A stretch of DNA of 44,004 nt, from the NCBI GenBank assembly GCA_030141605.1, contig JAQGDQ010001372.1, forward strand, positions 1 through 44,004. Direction: 5' to 3'. Origin of the DNA: Tubiluchus corallicola (taxonomy: Eukaryota > Animalia > Priapulida). Under the pieces are notes generated by a model. The model was not told the origin of the DNA, did no database searches, and saw only the letters and a list, made by a program, of their open reading frames with translations. Positions 36,780 through 44,004 of the stretch are shown in pieces; positions within the stretch are counted from its first letter, which is position 1, and each line of letters starts with the position of its first letter. The position numbers were made by a program, and so were the translations under genes.

Positions 36780-36831
36780 ATCGTTAAGCGAGGACTTGCC
36801 ATATTTCAAGCGTTTCAATTTTCTCTTCCAG

Positions 36832-36984
36832 CGAGCATCAGCAAATCGACAGCAAAGAAGACCAGCCTGAAGAAAGCAGCGAATTCGAAGACGCCAAGTT
36901 CTGCTCGTAGTGGAAGACGACAAGCGTTGCAGAAGGACAGGTCGGCAGACACACCGTACAAGCTGCGGCGGTTAATACGAAAAC
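36832..36984 (+). CDS. ORC2: ORC2 exon 4
   Basis: Basic segment ending TPYKLRRLIRK; ttccAG| and |GTtagt, phase 1/1. Confidence 0.75.
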
Positions 36985-37020
36985 GTTAGTTCATTTTCTT
37001 ACCACCAGTCGTACCTTTAA

Positions 37021-37558
37021 AGGAAAACCGGCGATTGTTTAGACTCAATCTCATTTTAATTTACTGTCCAAAATACACATTTTCTTGCCTATAAAAGTGA
37101 ACAATTGTTTCTTATATTTGAATAATTAGCTTAGAAAGTTAATTAACGGCAACCTGACACAGTTATTGTTTACGTCAGGAACTAACCACAGTTTGTGCAA
37201 TGGCAGGCATCTTCCCTTGCGTGTCAAGCACGTTTGTGTTACTGCTGAAACATGTGGTGTCACGAAACTGGGCTCTACATCATATGACGTCAGAAACTAA
37301 CACTGCAGTTCATGATCATGCTTATCATGGTACCACCTTCTATTTGTTGGCCAAGCGAATGTGACAAAAAGGCGCCGTTGCCAATCTTAGTAGATTCACT
37401 GAGCCGCGCGTAGCTTTGAAAGTTTAACGAGAAATTTGAGTATCCGAGGTAATTATTATTTAATCTGAGCTTTGATTTAAAATAAGCTGTTGTAGTTTTC
37501 AATATTTTAGAGCATTCTTTATTCTGAACTCATGTTTACACAATCATCCGGTTTTGCT
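37021..37558 (+). mobile_element. Kolobok/T2-like MITE
   Basis: TTAA|AGGAAAACCGG-CGATTGT ... ACAATCATCCGGTTTTGCT|TTAA; TTAA TSD with an AGG terminus. Confidence 0.65.
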
Positions 37559-37700
37559 TTAAAGGGGAACAAAAGAAAATTTTAAAGTATATCACACAGC
37601 TTTGTATGCAAAAATATATTATTTAACATATTATTATATGTTATTTAACATATTATCATATATTATTTAACATTTTATTATATATTATATATTATTTATA

Positions 37701-37941
37701 TACCTTACCTCACCTCCTTACCTTACCTTACCTCACCTCCTTACCTTACCTTACCTCACCTCCTTACCTTACCTTACCTCACCTCCTTACCTTACCTTAC
37801 CTTCATCCTACCTTACCTTACCTCACTTCCTTACCTTACCTTACCTTACCTCACCTCTTTACCTTACCTTACCTTACCTTACCTTACCTTACCTTACCTT
37901 ACCTTACCTTACCTTACCTTACCTTACCTTACCTTACCTTT
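37701..37941. repeat. (CCTTA)n pentanucleotide microsatellite with CCTCA variants
   Basis: Direct reading. Confidence 0.97.
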
Positions 37942-38042
37942 TAATACGTCGTAACATTGGCCAAACACATTGTTCTAATGCTATTGAACGAATTAATTTA
38001 CATCAGTCAATTCTTAATACAGTCTCTATGATGAAAAAGCTT

Positions 38043-38149
38043 TTACCTGTCTGAGCTTCACGTCTCTGGAATAACTTACCTGTCTGAGCTCCACGTCTCT
38101 GGAATCACTTACCTGTCTGAGCTCCACGTCTCTGGAATCACTTACCTGT
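38043..38149. repeat. 33-bp repeat, about 3 copies
   Basis: ttacctgtctgagctccacgtctctggaatcac. Confidence 0.9.
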
Positions 38150-38419
38150 TGCTAAACGTTCTACAAATTCATTAGATTGTTTTAAACAACATCCTAAAAC
38201 ACGTTTGTTTAAATTTTACTTTTTATGATGAATTATTTTTAATGTCTTTTAAATTTTACATTTTTTTCATATTAAAAGATCAGTAAGGTAAGCAGGTGCC
38301 AAACCATGTTTTAGTTTAAGAGTTTGTATGTCTGAAACAACAACCGAGCAATTTTATAAATTTTATAAATGATTGTTTAGCGTGCTGAGATTTCAAATGA
38401 TGTAATGCGATATGTAAAG

Positions 38420-38938
38420 CAGGGATGAGAATTTTCCGCGGATACGCGGAATTCTGAGTTTCTGGAAGACCAGTAGTGCCATTTTTGTAAATCGCGTAAA
38501 TTCGTTGAGAAAATTTTTACGGACCCAGTACATTATTTCACAAGCTGACCGCTAGTTGGCAGGCCGTCACTTTGTTTACATCACGTACATCAGTTTAACC
38601 ACGTGTAGATCTCTATGTATAAAAATATAGAATCAATTGTGTGGAGTTATTTGAGTCAATTGCAGACAGTTTTTATAAACTTTTGCATAGGAGCGGCCAG
38701 TACTTAGGCGTTATTGAGACAATTAGGTATCATGTATCCTTGATAGTTGGGTGTTTTAAATTATACATGAAACAATGTAATTGATAATTTAAGTCCACTT
38801 AAGATGTTCTCTATGGTCACAAAATTGCAATTTGTTGCTGGCTTCAAGAGGGCTCCGCCCCCCCGTGAACCCCTACACGCAGCCCCCAAAACCCCGGCCT
38901 GTTTCAGAGTTTTTTGCAATTTGTCATTCTCATCCCTG
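38420..38938. mobile_element. hAT-like MITE, second family
   Basis: TIR CAGGGATGAGAAT / ATTCTCATCCCTG; 8-bp flanks atgtaaag/atataaat. Confidence 0.7.
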
Positions 38939-38993
38939 ATATAAATAAATCTTACATTACATTTAATTAATTTACATGTTTAATTAATTCCAG

Positions 38994-39208
38994 GCCTGGG
39001 TGACCTTAACCTGACCGATGTCCAAGATTCATCCAGTGATGACACTGACAGTGATGATGGCAGCGATAAGGATGAGAGCGCCGCAGCTGCCGAAGAACTG
39101 ACCTCGGTCGCTCGGTCAGCTTGTACTCGATCTACCCACCGGGCAGAGCCATCTACTGGACAAATTTCAACTAGGAGGTATCTCAGGAGTAGATTGGAGA
39201 TTGATCAA
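38994..39208 (+). CDS. ORC2: ORC2 exon 5
   Basis: Acidic DSSSDDTDSDDGSDKDE segment, open for 215 nt; phase 1 in, phase 0 out (CAA|GTaaat). The 3' boundary is less certain. Confidence 0.65.
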
Positions 39209-39279
39209 GTAAATTAAAATCATTTTGTTTAAAGGTCAAATTTAATGTAAAAATGAGTTTAAAAATAAGACAACTTTAT

Positions 39280-40256
39280 TAAAAACTTTTACATTAAAAA
39301 GTTACAAATTAAAATCAAACGTTTCGACAAGCTGCTGTTGTCATCATCAGTGGTAAATTTACAAACATACAACCAGTTTATATAGGCAGAAACTATTAAT
39401 AAGTTATAAGTTTATTTATTTCCACTCTGCATCTAACAGTTATAATAAAAATACAGATAATTTCACTGAAGTAAATATAAATATAAATGCAATATTATCC
39501 GGAAATTACAAAAGAGATTCTTATGCAGCATATACATGTGCAAATTACATTACAGAATAATTTTGATGCATACAGTTTGAGCCTAAAAGCATAGCTTACC
39601 AGGCCAAACTGTACGTGGAAATCTTAAAGAAGTGATTAATAATTGAAATAATGAAATAATGATAAAATATACATAAAATTGGGGGGGGGGTAGTGAATGA
39701 AAGATGAAATGGAGCGAGAACTAAGAAAAACTGTGATCATGATTATAAAGTGTTCAGTAACCTGTTGAGCATCGTCACGTTTTATTAAGATTACTGTGGA
39801 AAAAAATTATGGACTAATTACATAATTAACAGAAGCCAAATACGTAATGAATAAACAGACAAGTAAAGAAATTGATGCACTAATTATGTATATACAAAAC
39901 GTAATGATTAAGCAAGCAGACTTATAGAAAAGAAATTGATGCAGTAACAAATAGTTAAGTATTTGAAAATAAAGTTAATGGAATTGAACTGCTTTGCACA
40001 TGAACAGAAGGCTTATTAGGGTACATAGATAAACTTTTATTGATAAATCCAAGTTATTTGTAGCTCTGGTCACAATGCTGAAATTAATAAAATCAACTTT
40101 GTGGCCAGAAGCACAAATATGGTCATTAATGGTGGAGTTGTCAGTTTTACACGTTTTTTTAAACTTTAAAAACAAGTTTTCTTAAATTAAAACTTCAAAC
40201 TGTTACCTTAAATGTTCACCTGAAGAATTACAGTGGTAGTTTTGAAACGTTGTGCA
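39280..40256 (-). mobile_element. Penelope-like retroelement remnants (GIY-YIG C-terminal fragment at about 40035-40150, hammerhead-like motifs); related fragments at about 31200-31510
   Basis: NSTINDHICASGHKVDFINFSIVTRATNNLDLSIK resembles the Penelope endonuclease tail (S.I..H....GH...F..F.I.......L.IKE); CTGA.GA...GAAACGTT motifs at both ends. Confidence 0.6.
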
Positions 40257-40299
40257 TTTTGTTACTTTTTCCTTCTTGTTTAATTTTTTTCTTCTTTAG

Positions 40300-40508
40300 C
40301 AACAAATGGTGGAAGATTACTTCGACGCCCACGCGAGCTCCGCATCCACGACATCCGATCGTACGCTGTCTCGGCTCCGGAATCCCCGGCTCAAGCAGGA
40401 CGAGTTGCTGTCGGTGCTGAAAAGCGCTCCGGTTTCTCATCGGGCGGAATGTGCTGCCCTCTATGAGGAGCATAGGTGTTTGTTTGAGAAATGGATGTTT
40501 CAGTTGAG
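40300..40508 (+). CDS. ORC2: ORC2 exon 6 (start of the conserved ORC2 domain)
   Basis: MVEDYFDAHASSASTTSDRTLSRL...LFEKWMFQL, matching ORC2 VEEYFEAH.S....TSDRTL..L and LF.KWM.QL. Confidence 0.92.
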
Positions 40509-40565
40509 GTGAGGTTTCAATTACAAAACGTAACTTGCAGTATACAATCCAGCTGTTTGTTACTT

Positions 40566-43375
40566 GTTACTGTAAACAACAAAACAAACGTGTTTACCCA
40601 ATTGTTTACGATTTGTTTTACTGTAAACAACAAAACAAACATGTTTACGCAATTGTTTACGATTTGTTTTACTGTAAACAACAAAACAAACATGTTTACA
40701 CAATTGTTTACGATTTGTTTTACTGTAAACAACAAAACAAACATGTTTACCCAATTGTTTACGATTTGTTTTACTGTAAACAACAAAACAAACGTGTTTA
40801 CCCAATTGTTTACGAGTTTGTTTTACTGTAAACAACAAAACAAACATGTTTACGCAATTGTTTACGATTTGTTTTACTGTAAACAACAAAACAAACATGT
40901 TTACACAATTGTTTACGATTTGTTTTACTGTAAACAACAAAACAAACATGTTTACCCAATTGTTTACGATTTGTTTTACTGTAAACAACAAAACAAACGT
41001 GTTTACCCAATTGTTTACGAGTTTGTTTTACTGTAAACAACAAAACAAACATGTTTACGCAATTGTTTACGATTTGTTTTACTGTAAACAACAAAACAAA
41101 CATGTTTACACAATTGTTTACGATTTGTTTTACTGTAAACAACAAAACAAACATGTTTACCCAATTGTTTACGATTTGTTTTACTGTAAACAACAAAACA
41201 AACGTGTTTACCCAATTGTTTACGAGTTTGTTTTACTGTAAACAACAAAACAAACATGTTTACGCAATTGTTTACGATTTGTTTTACTGTAAACAACAAA
41301 ACAAACATGTTTACACAATTGTTTACGATTTGTTTTACTGTAAACAACAAAACAAACATGTTTACCCAATTGTTTACGATTTGTTTTACTGTAAACAACA
41401 AAACAAACGTGTTTACCCAATTGTTTACGAGTTTGTTTTACTGTAAACAACAAAACAAACATGTTTACGCAATTGTTTACGATTTGTTTTACTGTAAACA
41501 ACAAAACAAACATGTTTACACAATTGTTTACGATTTGTTTTACTGTAAACAACAAAACAAACATGTTTACCCAATTGTTTACGATTTGTTTTACTGTAAA
41601 CAACAAAACAAACATGTTTACCCAATTGTTTACGAGTTTGTTTTACTGTAAACAACAAAACAAACATGTTTACCAATTGTTTACGATTTGTTTTACTGTA
41701 AACAACAAAACAAAATGTTTACCAATTGTTTACAGTTTTACTGTAAACAACAAAACAAACATGTTTACCCAATTGTTTACGAGTTTGTTTTACTGTAAAC
41801 AACAAAACAAACATGTTTACCCAATTGTTTACAAGTTGTTTTACTGTAAACAACAAAACAAACATGTTTACCCAATTGTTTACAAGTTTGTTTTACTGTA
41901 AACAACAAAACAAACATGTTTACCCAATTGTTTACCAGTTTGTTTTACTGTAAACAACAAAACAAACATGTTTACCCAATTGTTTACAAGTTTGTTTTAC
42001 TGTAAACAACAAAACAAACATGTTTACCCAATTGTTTACAAGTTTGTTTTACTGTAAACAACAAAACAAACATGTTTACCCAATTGTTTACAAGTTTGTT
42101 TTACTGTAAACAACAAAACAAAATGTTTACCCAATTGTTTACAGTTTGTTTTACTGTAAACAACAAAACAAACATGTTTACCCAATTGTTTACGAGTTTG
42201 TTTTACTGTAAACAACAAAACAAACATGTTTACCCAATTGTTTACCAGTTTGTTTTACTGTAAACAACAAAACAAACATGTTTACCCAATTGTTTACAAC
42301 TTGTTTTACTGTAAACAACAAAACAAACATGTTTACCCAATTGTTTACGAGTTTGTTTTACTGTAAACAACAAAACAAACATGTTTACCCAATTGTTTAC
42401 AAGTTTGTTTTACTGTAAACAACAAAACAAACATGTTTACCCAATTGTTTACGAGTTTGTTTTACTGTAAACAACAAAACAAACATGTTTACCCAATTGT
42501 TTACCAGTTTGTTTTACTGTAAACAACAAAACAAACATGTTTACCCAATTGTTTACCAGTTTGTTTTACTGTAAACAACAAAACAAACATGTTTACCCAA
42601 TTGTTTACAAGTTTGTTTTACTGTAAACAACAAAACAAACATGTTTACCCAATTGTTTACCAGTTTGTTTTACTGTAAACAACAAAACAAACATGTTTAC
42701 CCAATTGTTTACGAGTTGTTTTACTGTAAACAACAAAACAAACATGTTTACCCAATTGTTTACAAGTTTGTTTTACTGTAAACAACAAAACAAACATGTT
42801 TACCCAATTGTTTACGAGTTTGTTTTACTGTAAACAACAAAACAAACATGTTTACCCAATTGTTTACCAGTTTGTTTTACTGTAAACAACAAAACAAACA
42901 TGTTTACCCAATTGTTTACAAGTTTGTTTTACTGTAAACAACAAAACAAACATGTTTACCCAATTGTTTACCAGTTTGTTTTACTGTAAACAACAAAACA
43001 AACATGTTTACCCAATTGTTTACAAGTTTGTTTTACTGTAAACAACAAAACAAATATGTTTACCCAATTGTTTACCAGTTTGTTTTACTGTAAACAACAA
43101 AACAAACATGTTTACCCAATTGTTTACGACTTGTTTTACTGTAAACAACAAAACAAACATGTTTACCCAATTTTTTACAAGTTTGTTTTACTGTAAACAA
43201 CAAAACAAACATGTTTACCCAATTGTTTACGAGTTTGTTTTACTGTAAACAACAAAACAAACATGTTTACCCAATTTTTTACGAGTTTGTTTTACTGTAA
43301 ACAACAAAACAAACATGTTTACCCAAATTTTTACGAGTTTGTTTTACTGTAAACAACAAAACAAACCCTTTTACG
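40566..43375. repeat. 51-52-bp satellite, about 54 copies, filling ORC2 intron 6
   Basis: tactgtaaacaacaaaacaaacatgtttacccaattgtttacga(g)tttgttt; 205-bp higher-order period in the first 1.1 kb or so. Confidence 0.98.
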
Positions 43376-43423
43376 CATTTGCTTTTCTAGTAAATTTTTC
43401 ATTTTTTGCATTTTATTTTTAAG

Positions 43424-43556
43424 TGAAGGATACAATATCCTGCTGTACGGACTCGGTTCAAAACGGGTCGTCGTCGACGAATTCCGGAACAAATATTTAC
43501 TAACCTCAGATCACCTGGTGATAAACGGGTATTTTCCCAGTCTAACGGTGAAGCAG
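43424..43556 (+). CDS. ORC2: ORC2 exon 7; the gene continues beyond the window
   Basis: EGYNILLYGLGSKRVVVDEFRNKYLTSDHLVINGYFPSLTVKQ, matching the ORC2 signatures G(F/Y)N.LLYG.GSK and V.NG(F/Y)FP. Confidence 0.95.
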
Positions 43557-44004
43557 GTACGTGTGAAACCTTGTTTCCCAGTCTAACGGTGAAGCAGGTA
43601 CGTGTGAAACCTCATTTCCCGGTCTAACGGTGAAGCGGGTACGTGTGAAACCTCGTTTCCCAGTCTAACGGTGAAGCAGGTACGTGTGAAACCTTGTTTC
43701 CCAGTCTAACGGTGAAGCGGGTACGTGTGAAACCTGGTTTCCCAGTCTAACGGTGAAGCGGGTACGTGTGAAACCTTGTTTCCCAGTCTAACGGTGAAGC
43801 GGGTACGTGTGAAACCTTGTTTCCCAGTCTAACGGTGAAGCGGGTACGTGTGAAACCTTGTTTCCCAGTCTAACGTTGAAGCAGGTACGTGTGAAACCTC
43901 GTTTCCCAGTCTAACGGTGAAGCGGATACGTGCGAAACCTCGTTTCCCAGTCTAACGGTGAAGCGGATACGTGTGAAACCTCGTTTCCCAGTCTAACGGT
44001 GAAG
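43533..44004 (+). repeat. 41-bp tandem repeat (11 or more copies) containing the end of ORC2 exon 7 and its splice donor
   Basis: tttcccagtctaacggtgaagc(a/g)g|gtacgtgtgaaacct(t/c)g; runs off the window. Confidence 0.97.

Noticed and set aside
37701-37941. Interstitial arthropod-type telomeric repeat
   Set aside because: The unit is CCTTA/TAAGG, not CCTAA/TTAGG.
40491-42263. Series of repetitive ORFs (FTVNNKTNMFTQL...)
   Set aside because: They arise from a 51-bp satellite inside ORC2 intron 6; exons 6 and 7 join in frame without them.

Overview
AT-rich, repeat-dense eukaryotic DNA, most likely from an invertebrate animal; the species cannot be determined. I reconstructed three spliced genes by hand. 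(1) The last three coding exons of a MAP kinase-interacting kinase (MKNK/Mnk, + strand, 2490-6586). (2) A complete 14-coding-exon ATIC/purH gene (AICAR transformylase/IMP cyclohydrolase, - strand, 33736-14424; 1776 or 1779 nt, 591-592 aa, all splice phases consistent). (3) The first seven coding exons of ORC2 (+ strand, from about 34032, running off the window), head-to-head with ATIC across a gap of about 220-300 bp. Introns and intergenic DNA hold many minisatellites, microsatellites, non-autonomous DNA transposons (hAT-, piggyBac-, Kolobok- and Tc1/pogo-like), a truncated RTE-like LINE with a target-site duplication (TSD), solo LTRs and Penelope-like remnants. The most striking pattern is that five exon junctions across all three genes are themselves tandemly amplified, giving arrays of near-identical decoy splice sites: 12 acceptors at one MKNK exon, 11 donor copies at one ORC2 exon, and 2-4 acceptors at three ATIC exons. 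Family assignments come from my recall of homologous motifs; no database search was run.
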